Positions 11,093 through 21,806 are shown, counted from the stretch's first letter. The stretch is DNA of 24,644 bases from Octopus sinensis (GCF_006345805.1 NW_021836355.1:1-24644); one strand, 5' to 3'. The notes: a model not told the origin generated them from the sequence alone. Translations and numbers: made by a program.

Positions 11093-11760
11093 ATTAAAAC
11101 TTTCGGTTCCAGCGGTTTCAAGGATAATATTAATTACATTCCAAACCCTAGCCTCCACCCAAGAGAAAGCGCCACCGGAAAGTTCTCACCGCCATTCTCT
11201 TAAAACGTTAAGACCAGAGTAGGTGAGATATTGCTTAAATCAGTTGACAGACACCTACTCCGTACCAGTAGATTCAACAAAATATTTAATAGTCATACCC
11301 TGAGATTGTCCTTTAGCTGTACACCTAGTGTAAAAAAGATTTTAGTATGTAGGCCCAGACCCAGGATGCTTGTGAAGGGGTAACGTAACTTGTTCATTAA
11401 ACATCCACTGCAATTCGGTAACAGTTGTTTACGAGACAGAAGTTAAAGTAACAGAACCCAACGGGCAACCGAGCGTTCAGAAGTATGTCGGAGCAAAGAA
11501 ATGCCTCTTCAGAACTCGCTTTAATTACAAGTCCTCAGTCGACATTCCAGGGAGATGTAACACCACAACCCTAGCAAAGCACGTCTGGTCTTTGAAAGAA
11601 AGGTCCACGGTGTGCAGCATAAAGTGGAAGTTCCTAGAAAGACGCAAATCGTACTTCAATGACAGTAGGAAATGCAGTTTATGCTTGGATGAGAAGAGGG
11701 CAATTTTGAAAAGTACCCAATATAAGTCTCTAAAAGACATTAGGTTAGATATGTACCATC
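11093..11760 (+). pseudogene. Penelope-like element ORF remnant: RT thumb/linker and C-terminal GIY-YIG endonuclease
   Basis: Frame 2: SGFKDNINYIP..FSPPFS*NVKTRVGEILLKSVDRH..FNKIFNSHTLRLSFSCTPSVKKIL (compare WFNPPFSxNVKTNIGxxFLxLIDKHF..IFNRNTLKLSYSCMPN). Frame 3 from 11367: CL*RGNVTCSLNIHC..VVYETEV..KYVG..FRTRFNYKSS..TTLAKHVWSLKE..IKWKFLE..KCSLCLDEK. Confidence 0.85.
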
Positions 11761-11899
11761 TCGAATTGTTCCCTGGATTCCAGTGATGGAAACGTTATCC
11801 TTAAGATTAGAAAACAGTTCCCATTTTCTAGGAGCAACGCTAATAAAAAAAAGTACACACACATAAACACATAGAGGCATATATAGAAAAAGATGCATG

Positions 11900-12233
11900 G
11901 GTAAGTGTGCGTGTGTATGTATAAGGGTATATATATGTGCGTATGTGTAACTAGTTATCTATCTATCTATCTGTCTGTCTGTCTATCTGTCTGTATGTAT
12001 GCATGTATGTCTGTCTCCACTCTCTATCTCGTTATTTGTACACACACACATACACAAACGCAAATATATGTTTGTATAGATGTACATATATACATATGTA
12101 ATATCTATATAACATAATCTATATTTATACATGTGTATGTATATATATATATATATGTATGCATATATATACGCATATGTGTGTATACAACATACATACG
12201 TACATATATATATATATAAATGTATATATATAC

Positions 12234-12280
<47 letters not shown>

Positions 12281-12339
12281 TATATATATATATACACATA
12301 TATATATATACATATATATATACATATATATATATATAA

Positions 12340-12386
<47 letters not shown>

Positions 12387-12396
12387 GATTGATAGC

Positions 12397-12456
<60 letters not shown>

Positions 12457-12461
12457 CAGAC

Positions 12462-12538
<77 letters not shown>

Positions 12539-13152
12539 TGTACTTATATGCATACACATATTAAGCTTGGGTTTGTGTGAGCACACGTCTACGCATGTAT
12601 AGTGTAGGTGAATGTATTCTTAGCTTTCATTTAAAATATTTCTATGGATTTTATTGTAACTCCAAGGGAGAACATACGCGTCTGACAGCCGTATACATAT
12701 GCCTCATTCAGATTCGTTCCAGGTAGAACCATACATATTCTCTTAGACAGGCTCTTTTTATTTATACCAGTCGATATAGTGAATAAATCATCCACTGCTG
12801 TCGTTTTGCCAGTTAGTGCATGCCAAATTAGGCAGTATGTGTGGGTGTGCATGTCTGCGAGTAGATATGTGCGTCCGTGGGTGTCTGTGTACATACATAC
12901 AGCCACACACACACATCTATATATATATACACACATACATATATGTATACATACACACATATATATATATATATGTATATATTTATATATATACATGTAT
13001 GTATATTCATATAAATATGTATATATATGTATATATATATATCATATATGTATATATGATTATGCATTTATATAACTATATGTACACATTATTTATAGAC
13101 GTGTACGCATATATGTATATACATACATGTGTGTGTATACATATATACATTC

Positions 13153-13187
<35 letters not shown>

Positions 13188-13304
13188 ATATATACATATA
13201 TATATATATAAATGTATATATATATATATAGCAATGTTAATATATATATTATAAATATATAATATATATAATATATATATACATATATATAACATATATA
13301 TATC

Positions 13305-13335
<31 letters not shown>

Positions 13336-13342
13336 TATATAC

Positions 13343-13377
<35 letters not shown>

Positions 13378-13400
13378 ATATATATATATATATATTAATA
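11900..13400. repeat. Large compound microsatellite field including (AGAT)n at ~12398-12538
   Basis: Direct reading; a ~200-bp unique island at ~12630-12840. Confidence 0.9.
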
Positions 13401-13679
13401 TTGATATATATATCTGTGTGCTTTTATAGAATTAATTAATTCATACGCTCTGTGGCGTGTTGCGTAATTTCACTCTTACCCAATTGCCAAATATACACAG
13501 CCGACTGATTTATTGGGATATCGACTTATATCATATGATACGATACCGTATATATACGTGTGCGTATGTATGTGTGTGTGTGTGTATACAGAACCATATA
13601 TAGACTCGGGGGAATAATGATTTTACATGCAGAAATAATGATATGCTCAATGTAGAATCATAAGGGAATCGTATGCTAC

Positions 13680-13713
<34 letters not shown>

Positions 13714-14104
13714 TACATATATATATATATACATTACATATATATATATATATGTACATGTATATATACATATAACATATGTACATAATGCATAGGTATA
13801 TACATGCATACATAAACATATATCTATATATGATTATATGTATGACACTCACACATCCATATACATGCATATATGCGTAAGTGTGTGTGTGTGTGTGTGT
13901 ATACGCATACATATACCAGCTCACATTTAAACACATATACTTATTTAGTTTTACCGATACGTAGAGTTTTCGCTTGCTTATGTCATGGTGTTTCATAATT
14001 CTTCTGAGAATTTTTGGGTAGCTCCTCAGTTTTCGGTAGAACGTCGGTAGCAGAGAGTCTTGTATATATAGTCAACGTGTTCTAATGTAATATTCGAGGT
14101 AACC

Positions 14105-14190
14105 GACGCGACGAGCTGGCAGAACGGTTAGCACGCCGGGCGAAATGCGTAGCCGTATTTCGTCTGCCGTTACGTTCTGAGTTCAAATTC
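14105..14190 (+). mobile_element. Meta-like SINE head only (A and B boxes), 3'-truncated
   Basis: GAGCTGGCAGAACGGTTAGCACGCCGGGCG...GTTCTGAGTTCAAATTC, then abruptly unrelated sequence. Confidence 0.8.
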
Positions 14191-14340
14191 TTTGTCTTTG
14201 GTCGGCTTCTCGATCTTGTCCATTCATTGCCTTGGTGTCCATTCTGTTGTCTTGATTGTCCAACTGTTGTCCTTCAATCGTGCGATGTGGCCAGCCCATC
14301 TATAGTGTTTCTCCTTGATGGTTCTTGTGATGTCCAACTG
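14191..14340 (-). pseudogene. RTE-clade LINE ORF C-terminal remnant
   Basis: Minus strand: LDITRTIKEKHYRWAGHIARLKDNSWTIKTTEWTPRQ* (compare RTE KWRWAGHIARxxDxRWTxxxxEWxP). Confidence 0.85.
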
Positions 14341-14488
14341 AATAAAATTCTATTTCTTTATTTGTGCAGCTGAGGATAGACCTGCATTTAAGGAGAAGTA
14401 ATGATTGCATTGTTCAATTAAACGGAGCCTCTTGAAACAGTCGTACTGCATCACTTCTTGATATCCTGTTGCTTATTTTGATTAAATA

Positions 14489-14544
<56 letters not shown>

Positions 14545-14570
14545 GTACATATATATATATATATATACAA

Positions 14571-14788
14571 GGCGGTGAGCTGGCAGAAACGTTAGCACAC
14601 CGAGCGAAATACGTAGCCGTATTTCGTCTGCCGCTACATTCCGCCGAGGTCTACTTTGCCTTTCATCCTTTCGGGGTCGATAAATTAAGTACCAGTTACG
14701 CACTGAGGTTGATGTAATCGACTTAATCCGTTTGTCTGTCCTTGTTTGTCCCCTCTGTGTGTAGCCCCTTGTGGGTAGTAAAGAAATA
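14571..14788 (+). mobile_element. Meta-like SINE with the B box deleted, between (TA)n and (CATA)n
   Basis: Head at 14571; GTTCTGAGTTCAAA is missing; body and tail intact. Confidence 0.85.
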
Positions 14789-14812
14789 TACATACATACA
14801 TACATACATACA

Positions 14813-14843
<31 letters not shown>

Positions 14844-15322
14844 GTGTGTGTTTATGCATGTTTATCGGTCGACGCATCTATTTTCGTATGTTGCGAAAGG
14901 AATCTTTAGGAGAAGGTGTATGTCACTGGTGAAGTTACCAATGGCGGGGAAAGAGCTTTGATAAACTGCTAGCTGTTTTTTTAACTGACTGATTAATAAA
15001 GGGACAGATTAGTTGGATGGTTAAATGAATATCCAGTTTACTAATAAAAAACGAGTGAAACTGAACCAGTGTATATGTTTAATATCGGTATAATGACCCT
15101 CCCAAGATAAAAAAAATTCTATAATTCTATATATATACATACATGTCTTTGTATACATAGCTGCATACATATTCGCAGGTACACACACACATACACACAT
15201 ACATACACACACACACACACACGTCTATATATGTGTATGCGTGTGCATGTGTGCATATATATGTGACACGTTCTTTATTCTCTGTCTTTCTTCCTCCCTT
15301 AATCTGCGTTCTCTCTTCATTC

Positions 15323-15358
15323 CTTTCTATAGAAGAGCTTAGGTTTGAAACGTCAAAA
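15323..15358 (+). ncRNA. Degenerate minimal hammerhead motif (second copy of the 9235 family; host repeat ~15280-15430)
   Basis: CUUU-CUAUAGA-A-GAGC uuag GUUU-GAAA-CG-UC-AAAA. G-U wobbles keep helix II, the GUC site is intact, and core G5 and A6 are mutated. Confidence 0.5.
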
Positions 15359-15477
15359 ACACTTCCATATCTCCTGAGCGTCAAAATAATACATCTTGTT
15401 CCTTCACCTGTCTCCGTCCTCTGTTATTTGATTTTTTGCATAGTTTTGAAAAACACACACACACATATATATACATA

Positions 15478-15881
15478 CTCCTTTACTTGTTTCACTCATT
15501 TGACAGCGGCCATGCTGGAGCACCGCCTTTAGTCGAGCAAATCGATCCCTGGACTTATTCTTTATAATCCTAGTACTTATTCTATCTGTCTCTTTTACCG
15601 AGTCGCTAAGTTACAGGGACGTAAACACACCAGCATCTGTTGTCAAGCGATGTTGGGGGGGGACAAAAACAGACACACACATACATATATATATATATAT
15701 ATCTACATATACAATTATACGACGGGCTTCTTTCAGTTTCCGTCTACCAAATGCACTCACAAGGCTTTGGTCAGCCCGAGGCTATAGTAGAAGACTCTGC
15801 CCAAGGTGCCACGCAGTTGGACTGAACTCGGAAATATGTGGTTCGTAAGCGAGCAACTTATCACACAGCCACTCCTGCGCC
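15478..15881 (-). mobile_element. Full-length CORE-like SINE
   Basis: Reverse complement of the 5393 family from tail to head (...CAGCCACTCCTGCGCC). Possible TSD ATACATACTC at 15471-15480 and 15885-15894, in low-complexity sequence. Confidence 0.85.
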
Positions 15882-16598
15882 TACATACATACTCACACAC
15901 ACACACACACACATCTGCTATTCGTACTATTTCTGCTATTTCTGTCTATCTGTCTCTCTCAAAATCGCATTTGTAATCGAACCTATCTTACACTTGCAAT
16001 CGTTAGCGATATTCTCTTCATATTTTACAACCAAATTAAACAGTTCCATATTCTCTGTCCTTCTGCCCCGTTTACAACTCAGATTTCAGTTTTGTTTTGC
16101 CTTAGGCACGGTTTATATTCACACCACTCGAAGATAACGAAGCGCTCGTTAAATCTAAATCGTAGGACAGTCTCCGGTCTAGGATTATTTTTCCTGTAAT
16201 ATTCAGTTAGAGTGTAACTAAATATTAGTAGCTGAGTTTGATTAAATGTCTTTGGCACTAATAATTTCCAACTTCTGAAACTAGCTATATATTAAACCTA
16301 CGAACGTCAACTTGGAATCTCGCTAGAATAAAATTTCCGTATTGTGTACTGAAATTACCATAGAACTAAATAGAGAATAGAAATATTACATTTCTGAATA
16401 TCTCGGAGAGATATAAGCAGTAGCGGTACGATAGAGTAGTTGTATACTGTCAACTTAATGTGACAGTCCCATGAAGGGAATCACACCACTGCTATTTAGC
16501 CCTAGGAAGCATCAACGCTTACTCTCGGCCTTCACACATTTCATGTGTCCTTATGTCTACAAGGGGGAGATAAGCACCTCTACCCAGCTAAGCCTGCA

Positions 16599-16641
16599 TC
16601 CAGAGACTAGTTTCTGAGTCTTTGCTCGTCATCAGTCTGGA
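16599..16641 (-). ncRNA. Minimal type I hammerhead ribozyme, copy 1
   Basis: Minus strand: UCCAGA-CUGAUGA-c GAG caaaga CUC a-GAAA-CUAG-UC-UCUGGA. Perfect 6-bp helix I, intact core, palindromic helix III (ACUAGU), GUC site with predicted cut between 16605 and 16604. Confidence 0.8.
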
Positions 16642-16934
16642 GTACCATGGCCTGCTAGTTGGAGATGTAAAGATATAAGAATTCTAGTGAAATAAATCCA
16701 CTGATTACAAAAATAGAAATATTACATTTCTAAATATCTCAGAGAGATATAAGCAGTTGTGGTACGATAGAGTAGTTGTATACTGTCAACTTAATGTGAC
16801 AGTCCCATGAAGGGAATCACACCACTGCTATTTAGCCCTAGGAAGCATCAACGCCTCTTGTCGTCCTTGAGACATTTCCTGTGTCCTTATGTTTACAAGG
16901 GGGAGATAATCACGGCCACCCAGTTAAGCCTACA

Positions 16935-16977
16935 TGCAGAGACTAGTTTCTGAGTTATTGCTCGTCCTCAGTCTGGA
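16935..16977 (-). ncRNA. Minimal type I hammerhead ribozyme, copy 2
   Basis: Minus strand: UCCAGA-CUGAGGA-c GAG caauaa CUC a-GAAA-CUAG-UC-UCUGCA. Intact CUGANGA and GAAA core; one mismatch in helix I. Confidence 0.75.
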
Positions 16978-17414
16978 GTATCATGGCCTGCTAGTTGGAG
17001 ATAATGATATAATCTCGGTTGGTAACTTCAAATACCCCTTTCCCAGTTGATTTATATTTTCAGTCTCAGATATTCAACTAATTGACCTAACATCACGAGT
17101 GAGTCGTATGACTAAATATTTCTTTGTATTTATATATATCTTGGGTGTCTCGCATATAACCGAAGTTTCGTCCTCGACGCCGTTGGTCACAGTATCGTTG
17201 TTGTTTTACTTAGTGTTCTTGTTTATGTTTATGTATTTTTCTGGTGTTTTCCCCTGTTGTTGTTGTTTTAGAGCATGGATACCTAAAGTTTCTGCTTGCA
17301 TCGTTGATTTTGTTGTTGTGGTTGTTGCTACTGTTCTCCTCCGTGTTAGCTCTGACTGGTCTGACCTTAGATGAAAGATATTCTAACTGTAGCCATCATA
17401 TCATTTTAGCATTT

Positions 17415-17640
17415 TTTCTTCTTCTTCTTCTTCTTCTTCTTCTTCTTCTTTTCCTGCTTTTTTCTTTTCTTCTTCTTCTTCTTCTTCTTCTTCTTCTTTC
17501 TTCTTCTCTTCTTCTTCTTCTTTACTTCTTCTTCTTCGTTGTACTTTTTTCTTCTTCTTCTTCTTCTTCTTCTTCTTTCTCTTCTTCTTATTATTCTTCT
17601 TCTTTCTGTCTTCTTCTTCTTATTATTATTATTATTATTA
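17415..17640. repeat. (CTT)n then (TTA)n microsatellite
   Basis: Direct reading; source of the poly-L and poly-K/R ORFs. Confidence 0.95.
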
Positions 17641-17679
17641 TTGCGGCAAGCTGTTGGCAGAATGGCTAGAACGCCGGGC

Positions 17680-17936
17680 CCTCGTGTAATTAACTTGGAA
17701 GTGGCTGATCCCTCCACGAACATGCGTACCGTTATCGTAGTTCTCAGGGAGATTCAACCTGACACACAATGTGACAAGGCTGGCCCTTTGAATTACATCT
17801 ACTACACATTTTTTGCCAGCTGAGTGAACTGGACCAATGTGAAATAAAGTGTCTTGCTCAAGATCACAATGCACCGCCGGGAACCGAGCTCACGTCATTA
17901 CGATCGTGATCCGAAAAGCGTAGCTACTAAGCCACG
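17680..17936 (-). mobile_element. Degenerate tRNA-derived SINE: CORE-like domain as in 6621-6956, tail as in 617-750
   Basis: Minus strand: CGTGGCTTAGTAG..., GTGATCTTGAGCAAGACACTTTATTTCACATTG..CTCAGCTGG, then CAAAGGGCCAGCCTTGTCACATTGTGTGTC. Confidence 0.7.
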
Positions 17937-18058
17937 AGTGAGAATAAACATTAACCCTCGGTATTAACCCTGCCTCAGGCGCTAATAAATGTTTTTTAAC
18001 AAGCTCACTGGTTAATAGCAGCATGAGAGCCCGTTCTGAAAGTACTAATCTATATATC

Positions 18059-18289
18059 TATTTCTTTACTACCCACAAGGGGCTAAACACAGAGAGGACA
18101 AACAAGGACAGATAAACGGATTAAGTCGATTCTATTGACCCCAGTGCGTAACTGGTACTTATTTTATCGACCCCGAAAGAATGAAAGGCAAAGTCGACCT
18201 CGGCGGAATTTGAACTCAGAATGTAGCGACAGACGAAATACTGCTGAGCATTTCGCCCGGCGTGCTAGCGATTCTGCCAGCTCGCCGCC
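18059..18289 (-). mobile_element. Full-length monomeric Meta-like SINE with a 16-bp TSD
   Basis: TACTAATCTATATATC at 18043-18058 and 18290-18305, and again at 18313-18328. Confidence 0.9.
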
Positions 18290-18518
18290 TACTAATCTAT
18301 ATATCGCTCGCCTACTAATCTATATATCGGTGGCCGGGGCGCGGGTGAATCGCTGCCGTCTATAGTGGTTGAGTGTCCTATCACTGACAAAACCAAACAA
18401 GGTCGAAATCATGTGATCTGGTAGAGGGGATTTATCTCCCCGCTAGCTTTATAAACTACTGTGAATTCTGCACTAAAAAGTCAATGTAAGAGTTTATCGC
18501 ATTGTAAGTAACGATAAA

Positions 18519-18817
18519 CGTCGCCCTTTTCAAGCCTAGCCAGGCTCATGGGCCCGGTTTCCCGGGTTTTGTGACGTATGTGCTCCCCACCAGCCGGACG
18601 GGACGCCAGTCCATCGCAGCGTTACTCAAGAAACAGGAAGAGAAAGTGAAAGAAAGTTGGGGCCAAAGAGTAAAACAAGGGTCGCCACCACCCCCTGCCG
18701 GACCCTCGTGGAGCTTTTAGGTGTTTTTGCTCGATAAACACACACAACGCCCGGTCTGGGAATCGAAACCGCGATTCTCCGACCGCGAGTCCGCTGCCCT
18801 AACCACTGGGCCATTGC
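18519..18817 (-). mobile_element. tRNA-derived SINE (third family) with an 11-bp TSD
   Basis: Minus-strand head TGGCAATGGCCCAGTGGTTAGGGCAGCGGACTCGCGGTC...GGTTTCGATTCCC; tail CTGCGATGGACTGGCGTCCCGTCC...GGGAAACCGGGCCC. CATTGTAAGTA at 18500-18510 and 18818-18828. Confidence 0.85.
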
Positions 18818-19300
18818 CATTGTAAGTACCGCAATAAAATTTGCTTTTATATAACATCCACGTTTAAGTGGGGATAAATACTACAACTCGGTATTTATAC
18901 AGCCTCTGTCGCAAATGTATATATGAAACTAAATTCATGGAAATATCACGTGTCTTCTCGCGTGAAGATTACAAATAACTAGTCTACTGTAAATAACCTT
19001 TGAATTAATGAATATGTGATGCATTTTCTAATGTTTTATTCTTCAACAAGCAATCAAATTACCATGTTTCGTTGGCCAATTATATTTCGATGTTTGTGAA
19101 TATTTTTGCTTCTAAACTGTTCAGGTTGCTTCCCAACCTTAAGCATCTTATTAATTAGAAACAAAAAAATTCAAAGTTATTATTAAAGATTTCTCGGTTT
19201 CTCACGCTATATCCATTTTAATGAATGTTGTGAATACATTATTCTAGGTTTGAAAACACAGAATTGCATTGCATTAATCCACATATATATAATCATATAT

Positions 19301-19620
19301 TTGTTTCAGTCATTAAGCTGAGGCCATGCTTGGGCACCGCCTTGAGGAAATTTATTCGTACGAATCGACCACAGTACTTTTTATTAAAACCTGACAATGA
19401 TTCTATCGCATACACAGAGGCATACAGAGACACAGACACACACACACAGACAGACAGACACACACAAACACCTGTATATAACGAATTTCTTTTAGTTCCC
19501 GTCTACCAAATCCATGCGAGTCTACCAAATGCACTCGCATGGATTTGGTTGGCCCGAGGTTATAGCAGTTAAAGCACTTGACCTTGGTGCTACGCAAGTA
19601 GATTGTACGCAGAACCATAT
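19301..19620 (-). mobile_element. Degenerate CORE-like SINE
   Basis: GTTTCAGTCATT..GGCCATGCTTGGGCACCGCC tail and CCGTCTACCAAAT..GGCCCGAGGTTATAG body match the 15478 family. Confidence 0.65.
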
Positions 19621-19641
19621 TCATATATACATATACATACA

Positions 19642-19677
<36 letters not shown>

Positions 19678-19961
19678 TGAGAAAGTTGGTGTGGAACTCT
19701 TCTTTACACTTCTTAACGAACAAAATCATAACAATATTTTGAGAAATTTGAAAAGTTAAACACGAAACCGGTAATTTCTTCAAAAACTATGTCCTGTATG
19801 AAAAAAAAATTATAAATTCTTCTGACATAATGACTCAAATATATATTTTTTAACCTTTTAAAACAAGCCTTCTGTAGTTTTTTTCACTTTACTATTTTCT
19901 ATATAATATATATATATATATATTATAAACACACACACACACTCACACACACACACACACA

Positions 19962-20005
<44 letters not shown>

Positions 20006-20037
20006 TATAAATGTGTGTGTGTGTACCAACATATATA

Positions 20038-20152
20038 TACGACGGATTACTTTCAGGTTCCGTCTACCAAATCTACTCATTTGCCGAAGGTGCCACGTAA
20101 TGGGAAACGTGGTTGGTAAGCAAGCTACTTACCGCACAGCCATTCCTGCGCC
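20038..20152 (-). mobile_element. CORE-like SINE head fragment with deletions
   Basis: CCGTCTACCAAATCTACTC...GGTAAGCAAGCTACTTACCGCACAGCCATTCCTGCGCC. Confidence 0.75.
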
Positions 20153-20394
20153 TATGAATATATAACAACATTTTCGCCTACCTCGCTCATTCACAGGGCA
20201 TTCTTCTGGCCGGGGCTTCGGTAGAAAACAAATCCTCAAGGTTCCGCACAGTCTCACTATACTCGAAGCTACGTGCCTGCAAAACGAGCAGTCTTAACCA
20301 CACAACCATGCATGCGACTACAATTTATAATTTAACGCTATGGTTATTTCTTGTAAATTTTGTAAATCTTGAGATGGGTCAATTCAAGTGTTCA

Positions 20395-20536
20395 ACAGGT
20401 ACTTATTTCATCGACTCCCAAATAACGAAAGTTAATATCACCCTCGGCGGAATTTGAACTGAGCACGTAAAGACCGATGATTATGCCGCTGAGAATTTTG
20501 CACGGCTTGATAGCGATTCTGCTAGCTCGCCGCCTT
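20395..20536 (-). mobile_element. Old degenerate Meta-like SINE
   Basis: GGTACTTATTTCATCGAC...CTCGGCGGAATTTGAACT...GCTCGCCGCC. Confidence 0.65.
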
Positions 20537-20548
20537 GTTTCATATGGA

Positions 20549-21170
20549 TTTCATATTTTGGCACAAGGCCAGCAATATGGGTTGGGGTCAGGTAAGTCAA
20601 TTACATCGATCTCAGTGCTGAACTGGTACTTATTTTATCGACCCCCGAAATAATGAAAAGTGAAGTCGACTTCGGTGGAATTTGAACTCAGAACGAAAAG
20701 ACGGACGAAGTACCTATTTCTATTTCTTTACTACCCACAAGGGGCTAAACACAGAGAGAGAGAGAAACGGATTAAGTCGATTATATCGACCCAATGCGTA
20801 ACTGGTACATATTTAATCGAACCCGAAACGATGAAAGGCAAAGTCGACCTCGGCGGAATTTGAACTCAGACGAAATACCTATTTCTTTATTACCCACAAG
20901 GGGCTAAACATAGAAGGGACACACAAGGACATACATAGGTATTAAGTCAATTACATCGACCCCAGTGCGTAACTGGTACTTAATTTATCGACCCCGAAAG
21001 GATGAAAGGTAAAGTCGACCTCGGTGGAATTTGAACTCACAACGTAACGGCAGACGAAATACCGCTAAGCATTTCCCCCCGATGTGCTAACGTTTCTACC
21101 AGCTCTCCGCCTTTATAAATAACGCTAAGCATTTCGTCCGGCGTACTAATGACACTGGTAGCTCGCCACC
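20549..21170 (-). mobile_element. Trimeric Meta-like SINE array (mixed tails) plus an extra head at 21121-21170
   Basis: Three body repeats; junctions at ~20711-20730 and ~20872-20890; full head ends at 21111. The leftmost unit has the alternative TTTTGGCACAAGGCCAGCA tail. Confidence 0.85.
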
Positions 21171-21559
21171 TTATCTCTTGTAAATATTAGAAGTTATTTA
21201 TCTATAAACTTCAAAAAATAAATAATTTGAAGAGAAACTAAGTAGAGATAACTGTTCAACAAGAATAACGAATGTGAGGGGCGAACATATAATACAACAC
21301 CATATATATTGATAGGAAATAAGCTGCGATGTGAATCGCAGGAAATAGTTTTAAAAGTGAATATTTGAATAGAAATGTATATGATAACATGCTATACAGA
21401 CGAATGATAATGTGCTATGTCAGACATTTTGGTTTAATATTTAACGTTTACTTAATGTATAAATAATGATTTCGTAGATGTGAATAAACACACACATAAC
21501 CATCTACGTCTAACAACTATGTACACACACATTTTATATAACTATTTCTACAGACACAC

Positions 21560-21617
<58 letters not shown>

Positions 21618-21806
21618 ATGCTACATACATACTTTCAAATACGTATAAATATAAGCATAAATTGTACAATTATATATATGAATATTCATATATATAAATG
21701 TACATAGATATGATATAAACACATATATACATACTTGTGTAAAGACTTCATAGAAACATACAGATGTTCATTAAAATATTTATCCACCCGTCTCTCTCTA
21801 TATATA

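Larger units (their letters stand above)
16376..17002 (-). mobile_element. Tandem 291-bp repeats (336-bp period), each carrying a hammerhead; PLE pseudo-LTR pair or non-LTR retrozyme
   Basis: 16376-16666 versus 16712-17002: ~24 substitutions and no indels by hand count (~92% identity); 45-bp spacer. Confidence 0.85.

Noticed and set aside
11770-11800. GAAACGTT after the PLE ORF as a possible pLTR hammerhead
   Set aside because: The 5' core and helices are too degenerate to model.
12631-12840. Minus-strand ORF segment [10 protein letters not shown] resembling a Walker A motif
   Set aside because: Lacks the GxxxxGK[ST] spacing and downstream NTPase motifs, has no convincing splice sites, and the ORF start lies in a microsatellite.
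17150-17190. Minus strand GUC gag GAC GAAAC UUCG GUU, hammerhead-like 3' half
   Set aside because: The upstream core reads CCAACGGC rather than CUGANGA, and there is no helix I.
6890-18817. tRNA-like A/B-box segments as tRNA genes
   Set aside because: They continue into SINE bodies and tails, some with TSDs, and lack complete acceptor stems; they are SINE heads.
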